NCBI RefSeq assembly: GCF_910577125.1
Contig: NZ_CAJTMN010000002.1
Coordinates: 7,227 to 71,226, forward strand
Source of the DNA: an uncultured Rikenella sp.
GTDB lineage: Bacteria; Bacteroidota; Bacteroidia; Bacteroidales; Rikenellaceae
Reading direction: 5' to 3'
DNA: 64,000 nt
Below, one piece after another: positions 48,503 through 57,702 of the stretch. The notes below the pieces were generated by a model. That model was not told the origin of the DNA and ran no database searches. It was given only the letters and a program-made list of their open reading frames with translations. Made by a program: the position numbers and the translations under genes. Positions within the stretch are counted from its first letter, which is position 1, and every line of letters starts with the position of its first letter.

Positions 48503-51236
48503 CCTAACGATATGGCGTGCCGGAGCCGAGTTGTACCACCTCCCGGCCGGTACGAAACTGGAGCTGTCGCAAAAACTGATGGCCGAACAGACAATCACCT
48601 ACGACGTGGCCGTCGCCTCGCCGCTTGACCTGCGGGCCGGCGACTATGTCGAATGGCAGGAGGTCCGTTATTCGCTCTTCGAGGAGCCCGATTACAAGCA
48701 CACCGCCGGCGTTTACACCTATAACCTCCGTTTCTACGCCCCCTACCACCGCCTCAGCCACATCCTGCACAAGGACGAGGGGGCGACCTCGTTCGCCTAC
48801 TTCGGCAGCGTGCGGGAACATCTGGAGGCCCTGTTGAAGTCCGTTCAGGCGATCGACCCGGAGTTCAAGCTGGGTACGATCGACGAGAACGGTTCGCAGC
48901 TGCTCGAATTTGCCGACACTTACTGCCTCGACGCGCTGACACAGATATGCGAAGCGTTCAAGATGCAGTGGGAGGTCGAGAACAAGACGATCAACGTCCA
49001 GCGCCGCATCGGCGTGGATACCTCCTATCGTTTTGCCTACGGCTGCGGCCAGGGGCTCTACTCCCTGGACAAGGCCGGCGTGACCAACGCCAGCGTCGCG
49101 ACACGCCTGTACGGTCGCGGTGCCGCCCAGAACCTCCCGCCGCGCTATCGAGAAACCGATACTCCGATGCCGGACACCCTTGTTTTCGCCGACCGATACC
49201 TGGAGAAGAACACCGATAAGTACGGCATTCGCGAAGATATAGCGACGTTTGAGGAGATTTTTCCGCGTCTGAAGGATGCAACCCTAACTTCCGTGACCGT
49301 ACCGGACGACGTGAACAAAGCGACCGGATGGTCTGTGCAGGTCTCCCTGCCGTTCGACCTGAACGACTGTCTGAGCGAAGACGAAGCGCAAATCAAGTTC
49401 ACTTCCGGCGAACTGACCGGCGAGGGGTTCACGATTTCCCATTACGACCATACAACGGGCTTATTGCAGTTCAACGTCTCAGAAGACAACGGTTATTCGC
49501 TCCCTTCGGCCACCCGCCAGCCGCACGCGGGTGACGGGTACGTGCTGCTAAATATCATTATGCCAGAGGCGTATGTCCAAGCGGCCGAAGAGGAGTTGCG
49601 GGAAGCCACGCAGAAAGAGCTGGAACGACGGTGCGAGAAGCGGTACGCTTATACGCTCGCCGTAGACCCGCGCTATGTGCGGCAGCACGGCATCCAGCTC
49701 CATCCGGGCGACAGCGTTGTGGTCTGTGGGACTCCACAAGCCGCCGGGACTTCGATCCGTGTAACGCAGATCACCTACCCGCTCTACGACCCGCACCGGC
49801 TGGAGATCACCCTGTCCGACACCGTGCTCTATTCCTCCTATGCCGAGAAGATCGAGAACGACATCCGGGACGTGACCCACGAGGTGAACAACGTCCACCG
49901 CGAGTCCCGGACCTTTTCCCGCCGGGCGTGGCGCGACGCCGAAGAGCTGGCCCGGCTGATCGACGCCCTGCGGACCGAACTGCTGCTGGTGGGCAACTTA
50001 GCCGGACAGTTCGCCCTCACCTCCACCTTCGCGGTGAACCAGAACAACACGCGTAATCTATTCAGTGCGACCGGAGGAACATTGCAGCACGCGGTGTACA
50101 AAGGGGCTACGGAGGGGGTCTGGCAGCTCGGCGGGGTGAACCTGACGCTCGAAAGCGACTTGCCCTACTACCTGTACGCCCGGTGCAGCCGCACGAGCTC
50201 GAACGGCTTTTTCTACGCGACGACCGAAAAGATAGAGCCGGAGGCCGTCGAGGGGTGGTACCACTTTCCGGTCGGTGTCATCAGTTCTCCATTCGAAGGG
50301 GCGCGGGTTTTCAACACCACGTACGGTTTCACCCAGATTTCCGGCGGTTCCGTCACGACGGGTTGCATGCGGGACAAGACGGGCCGCCTGGAGATCGACC
50401 TCGACAACGGCACGATCACCGGGCCAGTGAAGTTCAACGAGGGTAGCGCCGGGCTGAACGAGGTGAAAGAGTGGAAAGAGAACTTTACAGCCATTAAAGG
50501 CGGTCTGTTATTGACCTCGCTAATTAAGATGTTGACCGACGGTATCGAGACAGGCGGGCTTTCGACCGGCCGGGACAATGTACTGCTTTGGGGCGGAGGC
50601 ACTTATGCCGACGCATTGGCGAACCTCGCAAAAATCATCCTGCGCCACGACGGTTCGGGCCAACTGGCGGGAGGAAAGATATGGTGGAACGCTCAGGGGG
50701 ATTTGATTTTGAAAGAAGGGGCGGAAATCGGAAAATTCAAAATTGTCAATGGTGGTCTCGATTGGGAAACTGGAGGGTTAATAGAAGGAGATATAGTCAC
50801 TCCGTACGGACATTTCAAAATCAACCCCGATGCTATCGGCCCTATTTTGGAAGTCAGAGGTTCCGGAATCAGTACCATGAAGGTTTATGGTGGGTTCCTC
50901 CTACAATATGGTTGCATTCAATGTTTTGGTTTGGAATTGCGCTCTGTTTCTCGCGATTACACAATTGATGAGTTCGATAGCGTAATTGTGTGCGACAACA
51001 CCGACAAAATCACGATCACCCTACCGGAGGATCCATACCCTGGGCGAATGATTTATATTCGTCGAAACTATTCCGGAGCCGTTGATGTGAAGACTGCCGA
51101 CGGGTTCCTGATCCGAAAAGGTAGTAGCGAGTTCGCCTCCCACGCCATCGGAGGGGTAGGCTGGACACACGTGTATATCTTTCACTACGAAGGCTATCAA
51201 AAATATCGTTGGTTAATGAACCTGATTACGCATTAA
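48489..51236 (+). CDS. tail-associated/baseplate hub protein (Tal-like)
   Basis: 915-aa ORF following Dit. Positional call. Confidence 0.55.
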   Translation: MNMDNLTIWRAGAELYHLPAGTKLELSQKLMAEQTITYDVAVASPLDLRAGDYVEWQEVRYSLFEEPDYKHTAGVYTYNLRFYAPYHRLSHILHKDEGATSFAYFGSVREHLEALLKSVQAIDPEFKLGTIDENGSQLLEFADTYCLDALTQICEAFKMQWEVENKTINVQRRIGVDTSYRFAYGCGQGLYSLDKAGVTNASVATRLYGRGAAQNLPPRYRETDTPMPDTLVFADRYLEKNTDKYGIREDIATFEEIFPRLKDATLTSVTVPDDVNKATGWSVQVSLPFDLNDCLSEDEAQIKFTSGELTGEGFTISHYDHTTGLLQFNVSEDNGYSLPSATRQPHAGDGYVLLNIIMPEAYVQAAEEELREATQKELERRCEKRYAYTLAVDPRYVRQHGIQLHPGDSVVVCGTPQAAGTSIRVTQITYPLYDPHRLEITLSDTVLYSSYAEKIENDIRDVTHEVNNVHRESRTFSRRAWRDAEELARLIDALRTELLLVGNLAGQFALTSTFAVNQNNTRNLFSATGGTLQHAVYKGATEGVWQLGGVNLTLESDLPYYLYARCSRTSSNGFFYATTEKIEPEAVEGWYHFPVGVISSPFEGARVFNTTYGFTQISGGSVTTGCMRDKTGRLEIDLDNGTITGPVKFNEGSAGLNEVKEWKENFTAIKGGLLLTSLIKMLTDGIETGGLSTGRDNVLLWGGGTYADALANLAKIILRHDGSGQLAGGKIWWNAQGDLILKEGAEIGKFKIVNGGLDWETGGLIEGDIVTPYGHFKINPDAIGPILEVRGSGISTMKVYGGFLLQYGCIQCFGLELRSVSRDYTIDEFDSVIVCDNTDKITITLPEDPYPGRMIYIRRNYSGAVDVKTADGFLIRKGSSEFASHAIGGVGWTHVYIFHYEGYQKYRWLMNLITH

Positions 51237-51248
51237 AAACATTACGAA

Positions 51249-51917
51249 ATGACCATATTTTACAAACCCACTCAGGGCGACACCGCAGCAACCGTCGCCG
51301 AAGGATACGATCGCAATTTCCGAGAGCTCGACGAGGAGAAAGAAACTCTGTCGGGAGCACAGGAGAAAGCCGATGCCGCACAAAATGCAGCGGTGAGAGA
51401 GGCCGCAATAAAAGCGGAAGCCGCCTTGCGTAATGCAAAAGAGTACACCGATGCCCGCGAGGTGGCGATCCTTGCATCGGCCGACTCGAAAGACGCCGAC
51501 ACGTTGCAGAGGGCGAAAACCTATGCCGATCAGATCGTGGCTGCATTGGCAGGCAGTGCGCCCGAAACGCTCGACACGTTGCAGGAGTTGGCCGCCGCGT
51601 TGGGCGACGACCCGAATTTCGCCGCGACTGTCATGCAACTAATTGGCGATCGGGTTAAAACCTCCGACTTCACTGCCCATACGGACGATACGGAGAGACA
51701 CATTACCACCGCCGAACGGTCGGCATGGAATGCCAAACTCAACGCAGGTGACTATACAGCGGCCGATGTGCGGGCCAAACTGCTGACGGTGGATGGACCG
51801 GGGTCGGGCCTCGACGCCGACCTGTGGGATGGAGTCCAGCTGTGGCGGGGCACGAAAGCCCAGTACGCCGCCCTGTCGGCAAAAGATGCCAATACGCTAT
51901 ACATCGTTACGGATTGA
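51249..51917 (+). CDS. tail fiber protein
   Basis: 222-aa ORF. LDTLQELAAALGDDPNFAATV segment common in phage fibers, plus a coiled-coil N-terminus. Confidence 0.6.
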   Translation: MTIFYKPTQGDTAATVAEGYDRNFRELDEEKETLSGAQEKADAAQNAAVREAAIKAEAALRNAKEYTDAREVAILASADSKDADTLQRAKTYADQIVAALAGSAPETLDTLQELAAALGDDPNFAATVMQLIGDRVKTSDFTAHTDDTERHITTAERSAWNAKLNAGDYTAADVRAKLLTVDGPGSGLDADLWDGVQLWRGTKAQYAALSAKDANTLYIVTD

Positions 51918-51919
51918 CT

Positions 51920-53365
51920 ATGATTGGAACCGGAAATAAAAAAGCCAAATTGTTCCTGGGTGAAAAACCTGTCCGGGAAGCCTACCTCGGAACGACGAAA
52001 GTCTATCCGAACAGTTCGCTGGCCGTCACCGGGGCGCTTGCTTTCGCGGCGGCCGGCGGCGGGCAGAGTCTCGCCATTACGGTGGAGTCGGGACAGGCGT
52101 GGACGCTCAGCGGAGTGCCGAACGGGTGGTCGGCCTCGGCCACGACGGGGATAGGCCCGGCCTCGGTCGTAATCACCGCCTCGAACAACACTTCGACGGC
52201 AGCCCGGAACGGAACGCTGATAGTGGCGTCGGACGGCCTTTCTGCTTCGTGCTCCCTCTCGCAGGCGGCCGGAGCGCAGGTCTACGCCGCTCCGGTGGTC
52301 TCGCTGGCGGTGGCCGACATTCCGGCTTCGGGCGGCACGGTGTCGTCCGGGACGGTCGGCTACTCGCAGTCGTGGACGTGGAACGGCGTCGCAGGAAGTG
52401 GCGGAACGCTCACCGCGGGCGGAGCGGTCTCCTACTCGGCGGCGGTGTCGGCCGGGAGTCTCAGCACGACGGTACGGGCACGAACGGCTGTCGGTACGCT
52501 CACGGCGACCGTCGCCATGAACGGACAATCCGGCTCTGCTTCGGCGACGGTCTACCAGGCGGAGAACCGAATCGAGTCGGGAACGGACGACGATCTGCTG
52601 AACAAACGGGCCGTGACCCGGATGGTCATCACGGCCTCGCCGGGATCGATCACGGCAAACGGGGGGAGTACGACGTTCAAAGCCCAGCTGCAATCCGTAT
52701 GTACCTACACGAGCGGGGCACAGTCGATCCGGTACGACACGGCGGGGATTCTGGCGCGCAGCTCGTCGGGGAACTTCTCGGTGTCGTCGCCGGGAACGTT
52801 AGAGTCGGACGGCAGAACGTTCAGCTTCACGGTGTCGGCTTCGCAGAATAGCTCGACGAGCTCGCGTTCGACCACAATCACGATATGCGGAGCGGCAGCT
52901 TACGCAACGGATACGAAGACGACGGTATCGGTCTCGCAGACCGGACAGCCCAATACGGCAACCATTAAATTCACGGACTTGTCGGGGAACACAATCTCGG
53001 AAATCGCGTGTGCTTCGGATGGTTTGTTGATGGCCGAGGTGCCGCTTGCGGCGGCCACACCCCTGGCCTTAAAACCGATCGGCCGGACGCAATTCTCGTT
53101 CCGGGTGGTACCGAGCAATTCGGCTATGGAGTGGATGATGGATGCCGGAAACGGCACCTATTTCGCAAACAACTGTGGCTCATTCAGCTGTACGACGGAT
53201 GGAACGATCTGCTATCCGACGCTGGCGGCAGGCGGTACGCTGCGCTTCACAGGGCAGCAGGAGTTCACCGGCATGTTCACCGGAGCGGCAGGAGCGTCGT
53301 TTGCGTTCTATGTTCGATACACCAGTGCGTCGGGCAATGCGACGCTGACGGTCAAAGGGACATAG
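51920..53365 (+). CDS. BACON-domain receptor-binding/tail fiber protein
   Basis: Start MIGTGNKK at 51920. FAAAGGGQSLAITVESGQAWTLSGVPNGWSASATTGIGPASVVITASNNTSTAARNGTLIV matches the BACON pattern. Confidence 0.6.
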   Translation: MIGTGNKKAKLFLGEKPVREAYLGTTKVYPNSSLAVTGALAFAAAGGGQSLAITVESGQAWTLSGVPNGWSASATTGIGPASVVITASNNTSTAARNGTLIVASDGLSASCSLSQAAGAQVYAAPVVSLAVADIPASGGTVSSGTVGYSQSWTWNGVAGSGGTLTAGGAVSYSAAVSAGSLSTTVRARTAVGTLTATVAMNGQSGSASATVYQAENRIESGTDDDLLNKRAVTRMVITASPGSITANGGSTTFKAQLQSVCTYTSGAQSIRYDTAGILARSSSGNFSVSSPGTLESDGRTFSFTVSASQNSSTSSRSTTITICGAAAYATDTKTTVSVSQTGQPNTATIKFTDLSGNTISEIACASDGLLMAEVPLAAATPLALKPIGRTQFSFRVVPSNSAMEWMMDAGNGTYFANNCGSFSCTTDGTICYPTLAAGGTLRFTGQQEFTGMFTGAAGASFAFYVRYTSASGNATLTVKGT

Positions 53366-53390
53366 CAGAGCGGTTCTCGATCTATGACGA

Positions 53391-53446
53391 GCGGGGATTC
53401 CGGAACTCGAAATATAAGTTTCGAGTCCTGAAATCCCCGCTTTTTT
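53391..53446 (+). terminator. rho-independent terminator ending the late operon
   Basis: Outer stem GCGGGGATT (53391-53399) / AATCCCCGC (53432-53440) enclosing an inner hairpin, followed by TTTTTT. Confidence 0.6.
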
Positions 53447-53545
53447 ATTGCCCGCGCTTGGATCGGGAAAAATTTATCTGAAATTCTCTATATCTTTGAA
53501 CAGTTTGTGAGGTTGGGGCGGATGGTCGGATTTTCAATATAGCAT

Positions 53546-54598
53546 GTGATGACAGATTTCAGAAAACAATTCCAGAACTTAATAGAAAATACCCATATTT
53601 TCGATAAGTCAGCCGTTAGCTTGGCGGCATGGAATAACATTTATAACTTGGTGCGTTCCAATATCCCAGAGAAACTTTTTCGGTATCGCGGCATAAATCC
53701 TTATTCTTTGCAAGATGTCGAAACAGAGACCATCTCGCTGTGTCACGCTGGGATGTTCCCGGATAAATACGATTCCTATCTGTATGTGGATCGAAATAAA
53801 ATCAGGAGCGACTTACAAAACGCATTACGGGATGCTTTGCGTATCGTTTGTGTACAGATCGCTCGAAACTCTCCCGACATAAAAGCGGAAAAGGCTTCGC
53901 AGATATGCTATTATAAAGCGCTGGGATATACCGAAGATCAGATTATCGATAAAATTCTCGATGAGGAATATCCGGACTTCATCGAGCAAATTGAATCGGC
54001 TGTAAAGGGTCAGGAGTCACGTTTCCGTAATCCTCGCAACAGTGCCAAAATAGGTTGTTTTACCGAGAGTGTCCAGTCCAAGTATATGTGGGATCGCTAT
54101 GGAGACGGGTATAAGGGGTTTGCGCTGGAATACGATTTCAGAGAATGTATTCCGGAATATAACAAACAGGGCTTGAATGTCAATCTGTTTCCGGTTATCT
54201 ATGCCGACCTGAGACCTGATGTTACGTTGGATGAAGGGAATATTTATGTCTACGAATATTTCAAACAAATCGGAAATAAAAACATGCTGAACTATCTAAG
54301 CTTCCGGCTGCAGATAGATCAGGTTTATTGGTATCGGGCCTATTTGTACAAAGACCGAGAAGAATACGAGCACGAACGCGAGTGGAGGATGCTCTACTAC
54401 AATCTCGACAACGAAGATAACTATGAGTCGATACCAGACATGGAATGTTTGAAGGCGATATATTACGGCCCTGACATCCCTTCAAAAGATAAAGACAAAC
54501 TGCATAAAATAGCTGTCAAAAGGAAGTTAAAAGAACATCAAGTTAGTCTGGATACGGAAAGTCGTAACTACGATTTAAAAATAACGTCTTTCAAATAA
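53546..54598 (+). CDS. DUF2971-family protein, AT-rich cargo gene at the prophage right end
   Basis: 350-aa ORF. LFRYRG..., IGCFTES...MWDRYGDGYKGFALEYD and YEHEREWRML match the DUF2971 motif layout. Visibly lower GC than the rest of the phage. Confidence 0.6.
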   Translation: MMTDFRKQFQNLIENTHIFDKSAVSLAAWNNIYNLVRSNIPEKLFRYRGINPYSLQDVETETISLCHAGMFPDKYDSYLYVDRNKIRSDLQNALRDALRIVCVQIARNSPDIKAEKASQICYYKALGYTEDQIIDKILDEEYPDFIEQIESAVKGQESRFRNPRNSAKIGCFTESVQSKYMWDRYGDGYKGFALEYDFRECIPEYNKQGLNVNLFPVIYADLRPDVTLDEGNIYVYEYFKQIGNKNMLNYLSFRLQIDQVYWYRAYLYKDREEYEHEREWRMLYYNLDNEDNYESIPDMECLKAIYYGPDIPSKDKDKLHKIAVKRKLKEHQVSLDTESRNYDLKITSFK

Positions 54599-54612
54599 TC
54601 CGCGAAGTTTTT

Positions 54613-54659
54613 GTACTTTTCGTTCCGAAAAATCAGCACTTTTCGTTTTGCCGATTATA
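54613..54659 (-). repeat. prophage right end (attR) with two inverted transposase-binding repeats
   Basis: GTACTTTTCGT (54613-54623) and GCACTTTTCGT (54636-54646) are reverse complements of the left-end core. Read inward, the terminus is TATAATCGGCAAAACGAAAAGTGC. Confidence 0.7.
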
Positions 54660-55201
54660 CGACAATAAGCCACCGCCATCTCGTATCCCTCCCGCGCCTG
54701 TTCCAACGAGTACGGAGTCCGTGCCGCCTCCGGCCCAATCAGACCGACCTCGCGCATAATCCCGCACGCCTCCGCACGCCAGGTGTCAAATCCGGCGCTA
54801 TGTATCTCGAACGACTTTTCATTGCCGTCCAAATCCAGCAGCCCCAACTCCCGCGCATCCTTCTTGACCGATTTATGGTGCGCCGCCACCATCTCGACCA
54901 CCGGGCCCCGCCACGCCTCGGGCAATAACGGCAGAAAAAAGAGCGAAGCGATCTCGTGCCGGAAAATCGTCCCCTCCGGCCTCGTCCCCCGCAGCCGCCG
55001 CTGGAAAACCGGCGACGCTTTTCCCACATCGTGCAGCAGCGCTCCCGCCGCAGCCACCTCCTCGTCGACCCCTGTCGCCGCTGCCACCCGGCGGGCAAAA
55101 AGAGCCGTCTGCCGCAAATGATCGGTCAGCGGCAACCCCTGCCCCTCGCCCGGCCGTGGCGTTTTCGCCCAGATATGATCGTATGCCCCCATGATCCGCA
55201 C
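54660..55201 (-). pseudogene. cas3: cas3, 5' fragment: HD nuclease domain motifs I-IV, truncated by prophage insertion
   Basis: ORF 54575-55201. LTDHL, LLHDVGK, RHEIAS and AAHHKS motifs. After ...MAVAYCR the frame reads into the phage end (IIGKTKSADFSERKV...) and stops. Confidence 0.88.
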
Positions 55202-55207
55202 CGGCCG

Positions 55208-55804
55208 CTAATCCACATCATACGTCGGCGCCTGTATCGGATTGCCGGCCACCTCCAGCCGGCCGTACATCATTTCGTGCGCCTCGCTGAAACGGTTGAA
55301 TCCCACCGGAAAGACTCCCCGTTCCCCTTTCTCGCCGAACCGCAGCTCGTAGCCCGGCAAAGCGTCGAACTCCGCGGGCGACATCATCCGCACCTCCCGT
55401 TCCGGCAGCAGGATATCCTCGTTCCGACAGAGGCAGATATGCTGTTCCGCCGCCCGTTCCGCCTCTCCGGCCGAAGCGAAAGCCAGCGTCAGAACCGGCG
55501 ACTGCAAGACACCCCGATTCAGGATCGACCGCGGCCGCGCCATCCGCTTCTGCTTCGGAAAGTGCTCCCACCCCCGCGGCTGAATCTGCTCCTGCTGCAC
55601 GCTGAACCCCGCATAGGTCAGTTTATGCCGCAGAATCGCATCGACCTCCAGCCGCTGCCGGATCCCCTCCACAATCGACGGCGTCAGAAACTGCTGGCTG
55701 TACGTCTTGGAGTCGCGCACCGCAAACCACGGCTTGATAAAACCGAACGTCCCCCGATAAGTCACCGTATAATACGACTGTTCCATAACCATTCCCCTGA
55801 ACAA
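55208..55804 (-). CDS. cas5: Cas5-family protein
   Basis: 198-aa ORF. GTFGFIKPWFAVRDSKTYSQQFLTPSIVEGI follows the Cas5 N-terminal pattern (FxxP...SY...TPSxxxGI). Confidence 0.6.
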   Translation of the reverse strand: MFRGMVMEQSYYTVTYRGTFGFIKPWFAVRDSKTYSQQFLTPSIVEGIRQRLEVDAILRHKLTYAGFSVQQEQIQPRGWEHFPKQKRMARPRSILNRGVLQSPVLTLAFASAGEAERAAEQHICLCRNEDILLPEREVRMMSPAEFDALPGYELRFGEKGERGVFPVGFNRFSEAHEMMYGRLEVAGNPIQAPTYDVD

Positions 55805-55805
55805 A

Positions 55806-56606
55806 TTACATCGCGCCGATAAACCCGAAGCCCAATGACCCCTTCTCGCCCAACCCGCAATCGCCGGCCAGGTCGAGCAGCTCCGGCGAACACCTCAACC
55901 GGAAGGCATAGCTATACCCGACGACTCCGGTCTCCTGCGGCGTAAACCGTTTAATCGCAATCCTTTTCTTTCGCACCGCGCCGCACACCTCGAAATCGAA
56001 ATCCATCGCCCCTTCGTAGTCCTTGCCGTAGAAAAAGCGGTATTTCTGACAGAGGTTGTTCCTCAACGCCTCGGCCATCCCCTCCGCCTCCGGAGCGAGG
56101 TAATCCGCATGCCCCGTCTGCGGATTCTTCCGCGAGACGCACACCGGCGACAACGTCCGGAACACCCCTTCGGCCCACCCCTCGTCGCTCACAGCCACCG
56201 TTTGAGACAAGGGCGGCAGAATCGTCAGGTCGGTCACCCGGAAAGCGACACCCGACACCCGGTCGCCCACCTCCAGCACCTGATCGGCAAAAGCCCCTTT
56301 GACGAAAGCCGCCGTACTGCGCTCCGGCAGGAAAGAGAGGTAAAACGTCGCCCGGTCTCCCTCGATATGCAACCGATCCGCCTCCACCGAGAACCGGGGA
56401 GTCCGGATATTCGAAAAGCAGAACAACTTCATCCGCTTTCCACCCCGCTCGTCGTCCGTAAAGCCATTGTCGTGCAGCCACGCCGCATATTCGGCATCGC
56501 TCCGGCTCATACACCGGTAGAGAGCCGCCGCCAGCTCATACTGATAATTGAGCGGCAGCACCCGCCCCGACGCCCGGTCTATCCGCAGCTCTATCCTGAA
56601 ACGCAT
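55806..56606 (-). CDS. cas6: Cas6 crRNA endoribonuclease
   Basis: 266-aa ORF. C-terminal glycine-rich loop GLGEKGSLGFGF typical of Cas6. Confidence 0.8.
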   Translation of the reverse strand: MRFRIELRIDRASGRVLPLNYQYELAAALYRCMSRSDAEYAAWLHDNGFTDDERGGKRMKLFCFSNIRTPRFSVEADRLHIEGDRATFYLSFLPERSTAAFVKGAFADQVLEVGDRVSGVAFRVTDLTILPPLSQTVAVSDEGWAEGVFRTLSPVCVSRKNPQTGHADYLAPEAEGMAEALRNNLCQKYRFFYGKDYEGAMDFDFEVCGAVRKKRIAIKRFTPQETGVVGYSYAFRLRCSPELLDLAGDCGLGEKGSLGFGFIGAM

Positions 56607-56657
56607 AATCCAAAAGATTTATCCAAAAATACGTTTTTCAAACCGAAAAACAAGCAC

Positions 56658-57569
56658 CTATTTTCGATTTTTCCCGTTTTTGAGAATCACGACCACCACC
56701 GACCCGATAATCAGCGTCAGCCCCAGCGCCCCTTTCCATCCGAACGGCTCCGCAAACCAGAAAACACCCACCAGAACAGCCACCAGCGGCTCCAGCGAAC
56801 CCAGCACCGAAACGATCGTCGACCCCACCCGCTCCACCGCCATCACCAGCATCAGGTCCGAAATCACCGTCGAGACCAACGCCAGCACCAGAAGGTTGAC
56901 CGCCGTCCTACCGTCCCGCACCAGCTCGATTCCGGTCGTCATCTCGGCATGCGTGGCAAACATCAGCGCCCCCGCAAACAAGACATAAAAGGTCAGCGGA
57001 ATCGGATCCATCCGTCCGACCCCCGACTTATTGACCCCGACAATGTAGATCGAGTAGGTCACCACCGTCAGCAACACCGTCGCAATCCCCTCGTAGCTAA
57101 CCGCCCCGCTCGTCCAGTTGAGCAACGCCACACCGATGATCGACACCACCGCCGCACCGAAAATCCAGATCGACTTCGGTTCGTGGTAGAAAGTCACCAT
57201 AATGAGCGTCACCAGCACCGGATAGAGGAAATGGATCGTCGTCGCCACCCCACTGGGAATCAAACTGTACGACTCCAACAGCCACATCGAGGTAGCGGCA
57301 TAGAACCATCCGAGCACCACCAGCTTCGTCCCCTGCCGGAAATCGATCCGGAAACTCTTTCCCCGCATCACTCCAATCAGGCCGATCAAAATCGTCGCCA
57401 GCCCGAAACGGTAAAACAAAATCGACGGCCCGGACATCGTTCCTGCCGACAAAATCGGAATGGTAAACAACGGTATCAGCCCGAACGTCGCGGACGAGAT
57501 CAGCGCATAGGCAATCCCCTGCCTCTTTCGTGCGGCCTCCTGCCGCGGTGTAACGATTCTCTTTTTCAT
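56658..57569 (-). CDS. EamA/DMT-family transporter
   Basis: 303-aa ORF with about ten hydrophobic helices in two EamA-like halves. Confidence 0.8.
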   Translation of the reverse strand: MKKRIVTPRQEAARKRQGIAYALISSATFGLIPLFTIPILSAGTMSGPSILFYRFGLATILIGLIGVMRGKSFRIDFRQGTKLVVLGWFYAATSMWLLESYSLIPSGVATTIHFLYPVLVTLIMVTFYHEPKSIWIFGAAVVSIIGVALLNWTSGAVSYEGIATVLLTVVTYSIYIVGVNKSGVGRMDPIPLTFYVLFAGALMFATHAEMTTGIELVRDGRTAVNLLVLALVSTVISDLMLVMAVERVGSTIVSVLGSLEPLVAVLVGVFWFAEPFGWKGALGLTLIIGSVVVVILKNGKNRK

Positions 57570-57702
57570 AATTTCAGCGAAGATACGGATAAATTGCGCC
57601 GGCAGTACCTCCGTCCGCCACCGAACCGCCCCAAAAACGGCCGCCGATTTTCACATCTGCGCCGAAATCGACATCTTTGCACCGAACGAACTCTCCGTAT
57701 CC

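Larger units (their letters stand above)
23121..54659 (+). mobile_element. Mu-like transposable prophage (31,539 bp), siphovirus-type tail
   Basis: Mu-type gene order: leftward repressor, small regulator, DDE transposase, MuB-like ATPase, GemA-like, G-like, portal/MuF, protease-scaffold, capsid, tape measure. Imperfect terminal inverted repeats and a flanking CGAC direct repeat inside cas3. Confidence 0.9.

Noticed and set aside
54575-55201. Naturally split cas3'' (HD) and cas3' (helicase) genes rather than a disrupted cas3
   Set aside because: HD motif V (AADGMAS) sits on the helicase fragment. The last 26 codons of the HD ORF are phage-end sequence, and the two fragments join in frame once the phage is removed.
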